Part shown: one piece after another, positions 28,745-39,529 of the stretch
Numbering within the stretch: the stretch's first letter is position 1
How the letters are laid out: each line of letters starts with the position of its first letter
From: an uncultured Spirochaetota bacterium
Lineage (GTDB): Bacteria > Spirochaetota > Spirochaetia > SZUA-6 > Fen-1364
Length of the DNA: 64,000 nt
Assembly: GCA_963845535.1 (NCBI GenBank)
Contig: CAWJSK010000015.1
Span: 96,001 to 160,000, forward strand
Direction: 5' to 3'
Position numbers and translations under genes: made by a program
Notes under the pieces: model-generated
Told to the model about the DNA's origin: nothing
Databases searched by the model: none
What the model saw: only the letters and a program-made list of their open reading frames with translations

Positions 28745-30178
28745 TTATGCCTTGATGCCCTCTGTCTCACGGGCGGAGAGTTTTTCCTTCTTCGCCAGGC
28801 TGCGCAGCACCGCTTTCTCATCATAGAGAAGGAAGACGAGCAGGCCGGCCACACACACGGCCACCGACACGATTGCGCTCATGCGGATGCCGAACGGATG
28901 CTCTACCGACATCCCCAGCGTAAGCATCCAGGGGAAGAGGATGTTCGCTATGGACATCCCGAGGTTCGTCTCGAAGGAGCGCACGCCGAAGAACATCCCG
29001 GCCTTGAAGTTGCCCGTCTCTATGCCGTCAGCCTCCGCGATGTCCGCCACCACGGCGTTGGGGACGATCGTGAAGATGGCGATGGGGAGCGCCGCGAAGA
29101 CGACAGTGACGTACGCATAGAGGAGTCCAGACACCGGGAGCATTCCCATGAAGGAGAACAGGACGAAGAGGAAGGCGAGCAGCCCGAAGCCGATCAGGAT
29201 CATCCTCTTCTTTTCCCAGCGCACCGCGGATGCCGTAACCAATGGATAGAAAACGAACGAGAGGATGAACATCACCATCATGAGGAACGAGGTGATCTCC
29301 TTGTCCAGGCGCAGGAGCGTCACAACGTAGTACACAATGCCCATCTGGATGATGGTCTGACAGACGTTGTACAGCAGCTCAGAGATCAGGAAGCGCGTGA
29401 AGTTCTTGTTGCGAAGCGACGAGCCCAGCGCCTGGAACGTGCCTTCGTTGGAAACCGAATATGCAGCGTAGCGCTTCTCATCGATGATGATCACGGGCAG
29501 CGCCATGAGGATCAGGGAAAGGACCCCGAAAATCGCCTCTACCGTCTGGAAGGCGCGCGTGGAGCTCATGCCGGAGCGCTCGAACATGGTCTGGAAGTCA
29601 TAAACGAAATTGCCGACCGCGAACCCCAGGGACCACGTGATGCCGATGGCCGTGCTGATGAAGAGGCGCTCCTTGGGGTTGTGGCCCAGCTCGCTGATCA
29701 GCGCGTTGTAGGGCGCCGTGTACATTACATAGAAGAAATAGAAAAGGAGGATGCTCACCGCGAGCCACGCGGTGTTCAGCCAGCTCGATGAGGGGCTGGG
29801 GTTGGAGGTGAAGTGCTGGAGAGGGACAAACACCAGGACGGAAAAGAGCGCGAACGGGGCGAAGCTCACCGCAAGGAAGAACCTGCGCCGCCCCATCCTG
29901 GCCCGTGACCTGTCGGACCATGATGCGAGCAGGGGGTTGCTCACCGCGTCGAAAAATCGCGCCCCGAAGTTGATGATCCCGATGATCGTGAAAATCCCGA
30001 TCAGCACGCCCTCGAAGACAAACGGAGGGAATATCCGCTGCGCCGAGGCCGTCTCCGGCGGCATGTAGAAATACATCACGAGGTTGCTCACCCCGTAGGA
30101 AGCAAGCGACCATCCTAGCTGGCCCAGCGCGAATATGCCGAGCTTCCCTGTTGGAAGTTTTTCCGGCGCTCCGCTCAT
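28745..30178 (-). CDS. MFS/GPH family sugar transporter
   Basis: DAVSNPLLASWSDRS...GRRR; PYNALISEL; about 12 TM helices. Confidence 0.9.
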   Translation of the reverse strand: MSGAPEKLPTGKLGIFALGQLGWSLASYGVSNLVMYFYMPPETASAQRIFPPFVFEGVLIGIFTIIGIINFGARFFDAVSNPLLASWSDRSRARMGRRRFFLAVSFAPFALFSVLVFVPLQHFTSNPSPSSSWLNTAWLAVSILLFYFFYVMYTAPYNALISELGHNPKERLFISTAIGITWSLGFAVGNFVYDFQTMFERSGMSSTRAFQTVEAIFGVLSLILMALPVIIIDEKRYAAYSVSNEGTFQALGSSLRNKNFTRFLISELLYNVCQTIIQMGIVYYVVTLLRLDKEITSFLMMVMFILSFVFYPLVTASAVRWEKKRMILIGFGLLAFLFVLFSFMGMLPVSGLLYAYVTVVFAALPIAIFTIVPNAVVADIAEADGIETGNFKAGMFFGVRSFETNLGMSIANILFPWMLTLGMSVEHPFGIRMSAIVSVAVCVAGLLVFLLYDEKAVLRSLAKKEKLSARETEGIKA

Positions 30179-30349
30179 TCTCTTCCTCCAAGCTCGATTG
30201 TGATGCTTTGCGGCCTAAGGGCGCAAGGCTAAGTTGGCAAAAGGGCCGCTTTGTCAAAGGAACCGCTTGCGCGCCTTGCATTCACGTGATATTGTGTGTT
30301 AGTAACTCATCGCAACAACGGGAAGCCCACGAGAACGAGGTCATAGGGG

Positions 30350-31369
30350 ATGGCGGAACGAAAAGCGACATCTGCTGACGTTGCAACGAAAGCAGGGGTA
30401 TCGCGGACAACAGTTTCATTTGTGCTGAACAACACGCCGGGGAAGAACATCCCGGACGAGACCCGCCGGAAAGTGCTCGAAGCGGCTCGCGACCTGGGCT
30501 TTGTCCCGAACGAAAAAGCTCGCGACGTTGCCATGATCAAGCATCACTCCATCGGCTTCTTCATCCCGCATACCGGGTATATTTCTTCCGACGCCTACAT
30601 CATCAGGGTCATCGAAGGGATGACCCCCGTGCTGAACAAGAACCGCTTCCAGCTCGTCCTCCAGCCGCTGAAGCTCCAGGAAATGGACTACCTGTCGCGC
30701 GCACGGCAGGACGGCGTGGACGGGATCATCCTCATGAACACCCATGACGACGACAAAGGGCTCGTGGAGCTGATAGCCGCGCGGTTCCCGCTCGTCGTGA
30801 TCGGAACGGTCTCCCATCCCGGCGTGCTGCAGATCGACATCGACAACCGCTCCGCCGCCAAGAGCGCCGTGGAGTACCTGATATCCTTGGGCCATCGGGA
30901 CATCGGGATGATCCTCCACGCTCCTGGCTCGTATTACGCGGCGCGCGACAGATTCGAAGGATACCGCGCGGCAATGGAAGGCGCGCAGCTCGCCCTTCAA
31001 AAGTCGTGGATCAGGAACGCCGACCTCACGGAGGAGAGCGGCTACAAGGCAATGGCGGAGATCCTCACGGAGGAGAAACGGCCGACGGCGATGTTTGCGG
31101 GCAACGACGTGGTTGCCTACGGCGCAATGCAGGCAATCAAGGATGCGGGCCTCGCCATCCCGGAGGATATTTCGATCGTCGGGTTCGATGACGACCTTCC
31201 CTCCCGCTACGTGAATCCCCCTCTGACCACGGTGACCAACCCCGCGCCGAGCCTTGGGGCCTCCGCGGCGCGTCTGCTCATCGGGGTTCTCCAGGGTCAG
31301 GCGGAGCCGGAGCCGGCGCCCGCGCTGCCCATGCTGCTGGCCGTGCGTGACAGCTGCAGACCGGTCTAG
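30350..31369 (+). CDS. LacI family transcriptional regulator
   Basis: ADVATKAGVSRTTVSFVLN; IPEDISIVGFDD; PPLTTV. Confidence 0.95.
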   Translation: MAERKATSADVATKAGVSRTTVSFVLNNTPGKNIPDETRRKVLEAARDLGFVPNEKARDVAMIKHHSIGFFIPHTGYISSDAYIIRVIEGMTPVLNKNRFQLVLQPLKLQEMDYLSRARQDGVDGIILMNTHDDDKGLVELIAARFPLVVIGTVSHPGVLQIDIDNRSAAKSAVEYLISLGHRDIGMILHAPGSYYAARDRFEGYRAAMEGAQLALQKSWIRNADLTEESGYKAMAEILTEEKRPTAMFAGNDVVAYGAMQAIKDAGLAIPEDISIVGFDDDLPSRYVNPPLTTVTNPAPSLGASAARLLIGVLQGQAEPEPAPALPMLLAVRDSCRPV

Positions 31370-31381
31370 GCGGGACCAGGC

Positions 31382-34368
31382 ATGGCAGCCGCAAAAGCCA
31401 TCTATCCCCTGTATCCCACCGACACATGGATGATTCGTGAGACGACGTTCGAACCTTCCCGTGGAGCGCGAAATGAGGCGATTTTTTCCCTCGGGAACGG
31501 CCACCTCGGGATGCGGGGGAACTTCGAGGAAGACCGGTGCGTCGGCGCCGCGGGCACGTACGTCAACGGCTTCTTCGAAGAGACCCCCATCATCTATGGG
31601 GAGATCGCATACGCGTACGCCCGGAATCGGCAGGTCATGCTGAACCTGGCGGACGCAAAGATCATCCGTCTTTTCGTGGCCGATGAGCCGCTGGACCTTT
31701 CTGTGGGCCGGCTCCTTTCCTACGAGCGTCATCTCGACCTCAGAGAAGGCGTCCTGGTGCGGACCCTCTGCTGGAGATCGCCGGGCGGGCGCCCGGTGGA
31801 GCTGGAAACCCGCCGGCTCGTCTCCCTCTCCCGACGCCATGTGGCCGCCATCCAGTACGACCTGCGCCGCTTCGACGGACCGGCCCAGCTGGAGTCGGTG
31901 ATCGACGGGAGTGTTTCGAACAAGGTGGCCGGTGATGACCCCCGGGTGGGGGCGCACTTTCGCGAAAAACCGCTTCGGGCGGTCCACGTGGAAGGCGCGG
32001 GACGCCGCGCGGCGCTGGTCCAGCAGACGAGGAATACGAAGCTCTCCGTTGCCTGCGTGGTCGACCATTCGATCTCAGGCCCTGACGGAATTGACGAGCG
32101 CATGGAGACCGACCGTGAGAGCGCCACGTTCCGCATTGAGGCGGGCCGGGAAAAGGCCAGACAATCCGGCTGACCAAATATATTGGCTACTGCACCTCAC
32201 GGGAGTGCGCGCCGACGGAGATCCAGGCCCGCGCGGAGGAATCCGTGCGCGCCGCTTCGCAGGCCGGCTTCCAGACGCTCTGCGAGGAGCAAAGAAGCTA
32301 CCTCCAGGACTTCTGGGAGCGCTCCGACGTGCGAATCGAGGGAGACGACGCCTTGCAGCAAGGGCTGCGCTTCAACATCTGGAGCCTCCTTCAGGCCGCC
32401 GGCCGTGACGGCCGCACGAGCGTGGCGGCGAAAGGCCTGAGCGGCGAAGGCTACGAGGGGCATTACTTCTGGGACACGGAGATCTACGTCCTTCCCTTCT
32501 TCGTTTACACGAGCCCCGAGGTGGCGCGGGCGCTCATACGGTACCGGATCAGCCTCCTCGACAAAGCCAGGACTCGCGCGGCGGAGATGAGCCAGCGGGG
32601 AGCGCTCTACCCGTGGCGGACCATCGGCGGCGAAGAGACCTCTCCGTACTACCCCGCGGGGACGGCGCAGTACCACATTGACGCGGACATCGTGTACGCC
32701 CTGAAGAAGTACGTGGACGCCACCGGCGACCGCCGGATCCTCCGGGAGGGCGGGACAGAGATGGTGTTCGAGACCGCCCGCCTGTGGGCCGACCTGGGGA
32801 GCTTCATCCCCGAGGTGAACGGAGACTTCTGCATCAATGAGGTGACCGGTCCAGACGAGTACAGCGCCCTCGTCAACAACAACCTCTACACCAACCTCAT
32901 GACTCGGGCCCACCTGGAGTTCGCCGTGCGCCTTTGCGCAGAGCTGACGGAAAGGTCGCCGGACGAATACCGCCGCGTTGCGGAAAAGATTTCCCTGCTT
33001 CCCAAAGAAATCGAGCGCTGGAAAGAGGCGGCCCGGAAGATGCGCATCCCCTATGATCGGGACAAGGGGATCCACGCGCAGGATGACGTATTCCTCTCCC
33101 GCGCGCGCTGGGACTTCGACCGCACGCCGCCGGAGAGCTACCCGCTTCTTCTCCACTATCATCCTCTCGTCATCTACAGGTTCCAGGTGTTGAAGCAGCC
33201 GGACGTGGTGCTTGCCCAGGTGCTGTTGGGGGAGCGTTTCAGCGCGGCGGACAAGAAGCGCAACTTCGACTACTACAACGCCCTGACCACGGGGGACTCT
33301 TCGCTCTCACCGTGCATCCAGAGCGTCGCGGCCGCCGAGCTGGGTTATACGGAGGAAGCGTACCGCTACTTCTCCCGATCCGCCCGCATGGACCTGGACG
33401 ACGTGAACGGAAATGTCTCCGACGGGCTGCACATGGCGGCCATGGCGGGAACGTGGATATCGCTTGTTCAGGGCTTTGCCGGGATGCGGGACAGCGGCGG
33501 GAAGCTCGCCTTTTCCCCCCGACTGCCCGAGCGTTGGAACAGTCTTTCCTTCCGGCTGCTGTACAGGGGCAGCGCGCTCTCTGTGACCGTTACGCATGAG
33601 AAAGCAACGTACGAGGTTCTCGACGGCGAGCCCCTTTCGATTGCTCACAAGGGCCGACGGATCGATCTGCAAAAAGGTTCGGCGGTTTCCGTGGACCTGG
33701 CGCCCTCCCTCGCGTGCGTGATCTTCGACCTGGACGGAGTGCTCGCCTCCACAGCGGAGCTGCACTACCGGGCCTGGAAGCGCCTCAGTGATGAGATGGG
33801 GATCAGCTTCGACAGGAAGGTCAACGAACGGCTCAAGGGAGTGAGCAGGCGCGAGAGCCTCCAGATAATCCTGGATGAAGCCGGAGTGGATTTCCCTGCT
33901 GAAGAAAAGGCGCGGCTTGCGGAGCGGAAGAACGGGTACTACAAGGAGCTGATCGGCGCGGTGACGCCATCCGATCTGCTCCCGGGGATGGCGCAACTTC
34001 TTTCCGACCTCCGCGCGGCGGGGATCAAGCTGGCCGTGGCTTCCGTCAGCCACAACGTCCGTGAGGTGGTGCGCAGCCTCGGCATCGAAGGGATGGTCGA
34101 CCATGTCGTTGACCCGGCCGCCGTGGTCAAAGGGAAGCCTGACCCGGAGATTTTCTTTCGCGCCGCGGAAAAGCTCGGAGTGCCTTTCGAGTGCTGTGCC
34201 GGCGTGGAGGATTCTCAGGCCGGGATCCAGGCGATTGCGGAGGCGCGGATGTTCGCCGTGGGAATCGGGGCTGGCCTTCGGGGGGCGCACTGGCTGCTGA
34301 AAGACACCGCGGCGCTTACGTTCGAGGGCCTTGCGGAAAAGTTCCGCGCATGGAGCCGCGGGCCGTAG
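31382..34368 (+). pseudogene. GH65 disaccharide phosphorylase fused to beta-phosphoglucomutase; 1-nt frameshift near 32150 (likely error)
   Basis: GH65 N-domain SLGNGHLGMRG; KGLSGEGYEGHYFWDTE; TGPDEY; KQPDV; DSSLS; C-terminal HAD FDLDGV, KGKPDPEIF, VEDSQAG. Confidence 0.9.
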
Positions 34369-34443
34369 AGGCCGTGGACGCATGGCTCGCGCGAATGAAT
34401 GCCCCGTGGTACAATAGGAGCATCACAAAGGAAGGAAAAAAGC

Positions 34444-34851
34444 ATGGCATTCTTCGAGTGGTCAGATGACCTGAGCGTGAACGTGCAGGAGATTGATGAC
34501 GAGCATCGCATGCTCGTCGGGATGATCAACACGCTGAACGACGCGATGCTCGCGCGCAAGGGCAGGGAGGCGCAGAAGACCACCATCGACGCCATGGTGG
34601 ATTACGCTGCCACCCACTTCGCGCGGGAAGAGCGCTATATGCAGGCGTTTCGCTACCAGGGATACCAGGCGCACCGCGTCGAGCACCAGAAGTTCACGGC
34701 AAAGGCGCTGGATCTCCAGACACGGGCGGACCGCTTCGGCTTCATCCTGACGCTGGAGATCGTGAGCTTCCTCAAGGCGTGGCTGCAGAACCACATCATG
34801 GGGACCGACAAGCGCTACCAGGCGTGCTTCAACGAGCACGGGTTGCGGTGA
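34444..34851 (+). CDS. Bacteriohemerythrin
   Basis: WSDDLSVNVQEIDDEH; HFAREE; HRVEH; WLQNHIMGTD. Confidence 0.95.
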   Translation: MAFFEWSDDLSVNVQEIDDEHRMLVGMINTLNDAMLARKGREAQKTTIDAMVDYAATHFAREERYMQAFRYQGYQAHRVEHQKFTAKALDLQTRADRFGFILTLEIVSFLKAWLQNHIMGTDKRYQACFNEHGLR

Positions 34852-35318
34852 TGGAAAAGAAGAAGAACATCGCCCTCGTCGCCCACGACAACTGCAAGAA
34901 AGACCTCGTGGAGTGGGTGGGCTGGAACTGGGAGCTCCTCCTGGACCACCAGCTCATCTGCACGGGGACCACCGGCAGGCTCGTGGAGGAGACGCTCGCC
35001 AGCCGCACGCGCGACTCCCTCGAAGGGCCATCCATCGTCAAGCTGAAGTCAGGGCCTTTCGGAGGGGACCAGCAGCTCGGGGCCATGATCGCGGACGGCA
35101 AGGTGGACGTCCTGATTTTTTTCTGGGATCCCATGGAGCCGCAGCCTCATGACGTGGACGTGAAGGCCCTGCTTCGTATCTCGGTCCTCTACAACATCCC
35201 CGCTGCCTGCAACCGTTCCACCGCGGATTTCCTCATCTCTTCAAAGTTGATGGAGGCGCCGTACGAACCGACCACGAGGGACTATACCGAGTACCTCAGC
35301 CGAAAGATTGAATTCTAG
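34851..35318 (+). CDS. mgsA: Methylglyoxal synthase
   Basis: IALVAHD; TGTTG; SGPFGGDQQ; PHDVDVKALLR. Confidence 0.96.
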   Translation: MEKKKNIALVAHDNCKKDLVEWVGWNWELLLDHQLICTGTTGRLVEETLASRTRDSLEGPSIVKLKSGPFGGDQQLGAMIADGKVDVLIFFWDPMEPQPHDVDVKALLRISVLYNIPAACNRSTADFLISSKLMEAPYEPTTRDYTEYLSRKIEF

Positions 35319-35342
35319 GGCGATATCTCCTATCTTCTGCGG

Positions 35343-36300
35343 GTGATTCGTCTTCCCTTCGGCGCAAGCCGCTACTACGCCGGGCTTGCGCGTTCCGAGG
35401 ATCCTCGTGAGGATCCCATTGCCGCGCAGTTCGTGCCCCGTGACGAAGAGCTCATCGTTCTTCCCTACGAATCAGCGGACCCCATCGGCGACTCGCGCTA
35501 CCTCGTCGCGGAGAGGCTCGTCCATCACTATCCCGACAGGGCGCTGCTCCTGGTGAGCGACCGGTGCGCCACCTACTGCAGGTACTGCTTCCGCCGCCAC
35601 TTCACCGGCAACGGGGGCGGGCAGATAACTGCCGGAGCAGCTTGAGGAAGCTTGCGGCTATCTTTCCCGAACGCCCTCCGTCCGCGAAGTGCTGCTGTCA
35701 GGCGGGGATCCCTTGATGCTGTCGGACCGAGACCTCGGGCGCGTCATTGACCGCCTTCATCAGGTGGATCCCGCCTACATCTTCCGCGTCTGCACGCGGA
35801 TGCCCGTGGTCCATCCGGCGCGGATCACGGAGGATTTGGCGGGCATGCTGGGGAACGCGGGCTCGGTGTGGGCCGTCATCCACACGAATCATCCGCGGGA
35901 GCTGACGGACGAGTTTCGCCGGGCTGTTCGCCGGCTCATCACGGCTGGCGTGCCCGTCCTGAACCAGTCCGTGCTTCTGCGCGGCGTCAACGACGACGCC
36001 GCAACGCTTGAAGAGCTTTTCCGCGGGCTGGTCAGGGCAGGGGTGAAGCCGTACTACCTTTTCCAGGGAGACTTGGCGGCAGGGACCGCCCACTTTCGGG
36101 TGCCGCTCGAAAAAGGCGTTGCATTGATGAGGGAGCTGAGGGGGCGGCTCTCCGGCATTGCGCTTCCGACGTATGCCGTCGATCTTCCGTCGGGGGGGGG
36201 AAAAGTCCCAATCGAATCATCCCTCCTGCGCACGGAGCAGGATTCGTACGTCCTGCGAGGTCCGGACGGCGGCGAATACAGGTATCCGCGGGAAGCGTGA
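35343..36300 (+). pseudogene. KamA/EpmB family radical SAM protein (lysine 2,3-aminomutase-like); frameshift near 35630
   Basis: HHYPDRALL; CATYCRYCFRR; then in another frame LLSGGDPL, HTNHPRE, NQSVLLRGVND, PYYL, GGGKVP. Confidence 0.88.
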
Positions 36301-36325
36301 GCCTGCCTTTCCCGCGGCACCCGTT

Positions 36326-36706
36326 TCAAAGCACCGGGTTCAGGTCAGTGACGGCGTCTCCTTCCAGCTCCTCCTGGAAAAAGTCCCGGATGAGAGTGCG
36401 AACCACGGCGAGCCCTTCCTGGCTGATGGACTTGATCTGGAAGCCCATGGCGTAGAAATCCCCGCTTGCATCCTTGCGGCACCACTTGCTCACCGCATCA
36501 AAGCTCAGGTGCCCGCTCTCCATGACGTTGCGGGGCAGGTCCATGCGCACGGAGAGCTCCTTTTTCGGCTTCACCGCCTTCTCCCCGATCAGCATCATCC
36601 CCTCCGGGGTGATGTCCGTCATGTGTCCCATGAGCCTGCCGGTCTTCGCGTCAAAGACACGAAGCCGGTAGATGAGATGGGTGCGCTCTTGTCTCATGGG
36701 TCTCAT
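36326..36706 (-). CDS. Stand-alone PilZ domain protein
   Basis: RQER(T)H RxxxR-like switch; DITPEG matches D-x-[ST]-x-x-G; beta-barrel ending WCR...GFQI; ATGA overlap with the phosphatase gene. Confidence 0.8.
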   Translation of the reverse strand: MRPMRQERTHLIYRLRVFDAKTGRLMGHMTDITPEGMMLIGEKAVKPKKELSVRMDLPRNVMESGHLSFDAVSKWCRKDASGDFYAMGFQIKSISQEGLAVVRTLIRDFFQEELEGDAVTDLNPVL

Positions 36707-38142
36707 GCGCCGCCTCCGCCATGGGATGCTTTTTTGCCCGTTTCCCACGGGATCTTTTTCAGCAGGATCAGGGTCATGTCGTCCTCCTGGTCCACCTGGA
36801 ACGCCCTCACGTCGTCGAGGATCCGTTCCAGCGCTTTCTCCACCGGGAGGTCGGCGCACTGGGCGAAGACCTCCTGGAGCCGCTCCTGGCCGTACATTTC
36901 CCCGGCTGCGTTGGCGCCTTCCGTGACCCCGTCCGTGAAGAACAGGGCCATGTCGTTGTCCGCAATCTCGATCCGTTTGACTTCCATGAACGATTCGATC
37001 TGGTCCGTGATCCCGAGCCATGTCCCCTTGGTCGGGATGGCCGTCACCGACCCGCGGGATGAGCGGTACACCAGCACGTCCTGGTGATGCCCGGCCACAA
37101 TCATGCAGTCGTCCTCCAGCTTGACCACCATCATCGTCATGTAGTGGTTGGACCCCAGCCTGCCAATGTCTTCCTTGATGACGCTGTTCGTGGTGGAGAG
37201 CACCTCCAGGGGCTGCGCCGCCGGGTTGCCCTTGATGACGGTCATGATGCTGGCCTGCGCCATCATCATGATGAGGCCCGAGTCCACGCCGTGGCCTGCC
37301 ACGTCTCCGATTGCCACCCACCGGTCCCCGGCGTCCGTTTCGATGATGTCGTAGTAGTCCCCGCCCACTTCCTTTGCCGGCAGCATGGTGACGGCGCTCT
37401 CGAAGCCCCTGATCCCGCCTTTCCTCTGCGGCAGGAGGGCGGTCTGTATCCTCTTGGCCAGCTCCATCTCCCCCCAGAGCGCGTCACGGGCCTTTTTCAA
37501 CTTCACGAGGAGGGAGAACTCCTTCTCGATGAGGTTATAGCGGACGTGGTTGATGGCCACGGCCAGGACGGCCGTGGAGACCAGGAAGAACAGGTTGTTC
37601 GTCAACCTCGTCTGGTCGAACGGCTTGCCGGCGATCATGTTGAAGGCGACATACATGCCCATGATGAGGATGGCGTTGAAGGCCGTGTGCGTTGCCCGCC
37701 AGGGCATCAAGAGGTTGACGCCGATGACCACCAGGGTCAGCCCCGCGTAGTAGGTGGAATTGAACCCCCCGAGGTCCACGGTCATGAGCGCGATGATCCC
37801 GCCCACTTGCAGGGAAATGAAGTAGCCGTGCAGCCAGGACAGCTTGCTGGGGGGAGTATTTCGCACCACGAGGAACTGGGCCAGCGCAAGCACCGTGGAG
37901 ATGAGACGGTACACGGCGAAGCGTGACAGCAGTCCCGCCGGCATCATGAAGTAGTCGAGGATGAAAAACACGGGGACGAGCACGACGGCAAGCGCGGTCA
38001 GCGTGCGCAGCCAGTCATGCATGATGCCGTTGCGGTAGTCGGCGAAATCGTTTGAATCGATTGCCCTGGCCGTCCACGCCTCCATCTGCTCCCGCCGGCG
38101 GCCGGCCGGCGTGGAGCTCAGGCGCTGGTCACTCCCGGACAT
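36703..38142 (-). CDS. Membrane PP2C/SpoIIE phosphatase with a 5-6 TM sensor domain resembling that of PhcS-type receptors
   Basis: TM region with STYYAGLTLV; EMELAKRIQTALLP; EVGGDYYD; GDVAGHG; TDGVTE; EDDMT. Confidence 0.9.
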   Translation of the reverse strand: MSGSDQRLSSTPAGRRREQMEAWTARAIDSNDFADYRNGIMHDWLRTLTALAVVLVPVFFILDYFMMPAGLLSRFAVYRLISTVLALAQFLVVRNTPPSKLSWLHGYFISLQVGGIIALMTVDLGGFNSTYYAGLTLVVIGVNLLMPWRATHTAFNAILIMGMYVAFNMIAGKPFDQTRLTNNLFFLVSTAVLAVAINHVRYNLIEKEFSLLVKLKKARDALWGEMELAKRIQTALLPQRKGGIRGFESAVTMLPAKEVGGDYYDIIETDAGDRWVAIGDVAGHGVDSGLIMMMAQASIMTVIKGNPAAQPLEVLSTTNSVIKEDIGRLGSNHYMTMMVVKLEDDCMIVAGHHQDVLVYRSSRGSVTAIPTKGTWLGITDQIESFMEVKRIEIADNDMALFFTDGVTEGANAAGEMYGQERLQEVFAQCADLPVEKALERILDDVRAFQVDQEDDMTLILLKKIPWETGKKASHGGGGA

Positions 38143-39523
38143 CGCTTGCCTTCCTGACGTGAAGGAGCATCTGGATCCGCGTTGCATCGTATTCCACGGA
38201 GACCTCCGCGCCCGGCAGGTCGGCCACGAGCCGGGTGAAGTCGTCTTCGGTGCGGTAGATGATCTTCCAGTCGTGCCAGTACTCCATGTAGTAGCGGCTG
38301 GGGTTCACGACGTAGAAGTTGCCGATGGCCATCTCACCCCCCGGGGTCAGGAGCTGGTAGAGCTTCTTCAAAACCGCCGTGGCCACGGGGGCGGTGAGGT
38401 AATCGAACAACCCCATGGAATAGATGAAGTGGAACTGTCCCCAGCGTTCCTGGAGGGCGCGGGTGACGAGCATGGTGCGCACCGACTCACGGATGAAATC
38501 CGCCGAGACCTCCGTTTTCAGCGCGGCCTCGATGTCGCTCACCAGCCCCGCCGCCTCGAGAAGGGCCTGCTGGTCCTGGTCGAAAAAGGAGAAATGGATC
38601 CGGGCGCAATCCTTGGGCGTCCGCAGGATGTCGCGGACCTCGAAGGCCGGCCCGCACGCCACCGACAGGACCCGCAGCTTCTCCGATTTCGGCAAGGGAG
38701 ACTTTTCGATGAAGCGGTGCAGTAAGCCGGCCACTTCCTGGCGCCGGTTGCGCACGGCTTGGGCCGCATCCTGGTCCACGGAGAACTTGTGCATGACCTT
38801 GCCGAACAGCGAATCCCCCTGGAAGCTGTCCAGGTAGATCATGCGCATCATCTCGGAGTCCCCGTTGTACCCCCGCGGCTTGAGGTTCGTTCGGGCCATG
38901 ATGGGGGCGCGCAGGAGGATGTTCCAGAGCTGGCGGCGGAAGTAGAACCCGTGATGTTCGTGCTCTTTTTCGCTGAAACCGCTGACCACGCGGTCGAGCT
39001 GCGTGATCTGCTTCGCCATGTAGTCGGTCAGTTCCTTCCCCACGCTCTCGACGATGCTCTGCTGGATGATCTCCCGGACTTCAGGGGGCTCGTTCACGCA
39101 GTCAGTGTCTATCTGGTCGAGGACGTTGATGTAGACGTTCAGGTCGTAGGTCAGGTCCGAGACGAAGTTGCGGAACGCCGGATCAATGCTGTTCTTGTAG
39201 CCGAAGATGAGGGGAAGGTTTGCGGAGGCGGACTGCAGCGTCTCGATCTTGGCATGAAAGAAGAGCTTCTCGAAGTCATGCGTCTTCCCCACGGCCACGA
39301 GCCGGCGTGCGCGCTCTCCGTTTTTGCCCGGCAGGACCTGGCACCGCCCGATCTGGATGACCTTGTCGTTGAGGGAGATCTCCAGGTTCTCGATCTCGGG
39401 CCCGTACTGCTCGCCGTTTCCTTCCACCCAGACCGAGTACCGTGACGCGTAGGCGGCCTGCACGGTGACCTTTTTCCGTCCGGCTGTCAGCACGCCTTGA
39501 AGAACGGGGGGTTGGGTCGCCAT
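38129..39523 (-). CDS. Class I SAM methyltransferase, PhcB-like (candidate fatty acid methyl ester signal synthase)
   Basis: KPRGYNGDSEMM; AVRNRR; motif I VLSVACGPAFE; IYSMGLFDYL; LLTPGG; WKIIYRT. Confidence 0.8.
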   Translation of the reverse strand: MATQPPVLQGVLTAGRKKVTVQAAYASRYSVWVEGNGEQYGPEIENLEISLNDKVIQIGRCQVLPGKNGERARRLVAVGKTHDFEKLFFHAKIETLQSASANLPLIFGYKNSIDPAFRNFVSDLTYDLNVYINVLDQIDTDCVNEPPEVREIIQQSIVESVGKELTDYMAKQITQLDRVVSGFSEKEHEHHGFYFRRQLWNILLRAPIMARTNLKPRGYNGDSEMMRMIYLDSFQGDSLFGKVMHKFSVDQDAAQAVRNRRQEVAGLLHRFIEKSPLPKSEKLRVLSVACGPAFEVRDILRTPKDCARIHFSFFDQDQQALLEAAGLVSDIEAALKTEVSADFIRESVRTMLVTRALQERWGQFHFIYSMGLFDYLTAPVATAVLKKLYQLLTPGGEMAIGNFYVVNPSRYYMEYWHDWKIIYRTEDDFTRLVADLPGAEVSVEYDATRIQMLLHVRKASDVRE

Positions 39524-39529
39524 GGCCCG

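Noticed and set aside
30276..30300. LacI operator tcacgtga
   Set aside because: Plausible, but only an 8-bp palindrome with a single copy, too weak to call
32140..32175. Programmed ribosomal frameshift in the GH65 gene (GGGAAAAG)
   Set aside because: A slippery-like sequence is present, but a truncated GH65 N-domain has no evident use and indel errors are common across the window
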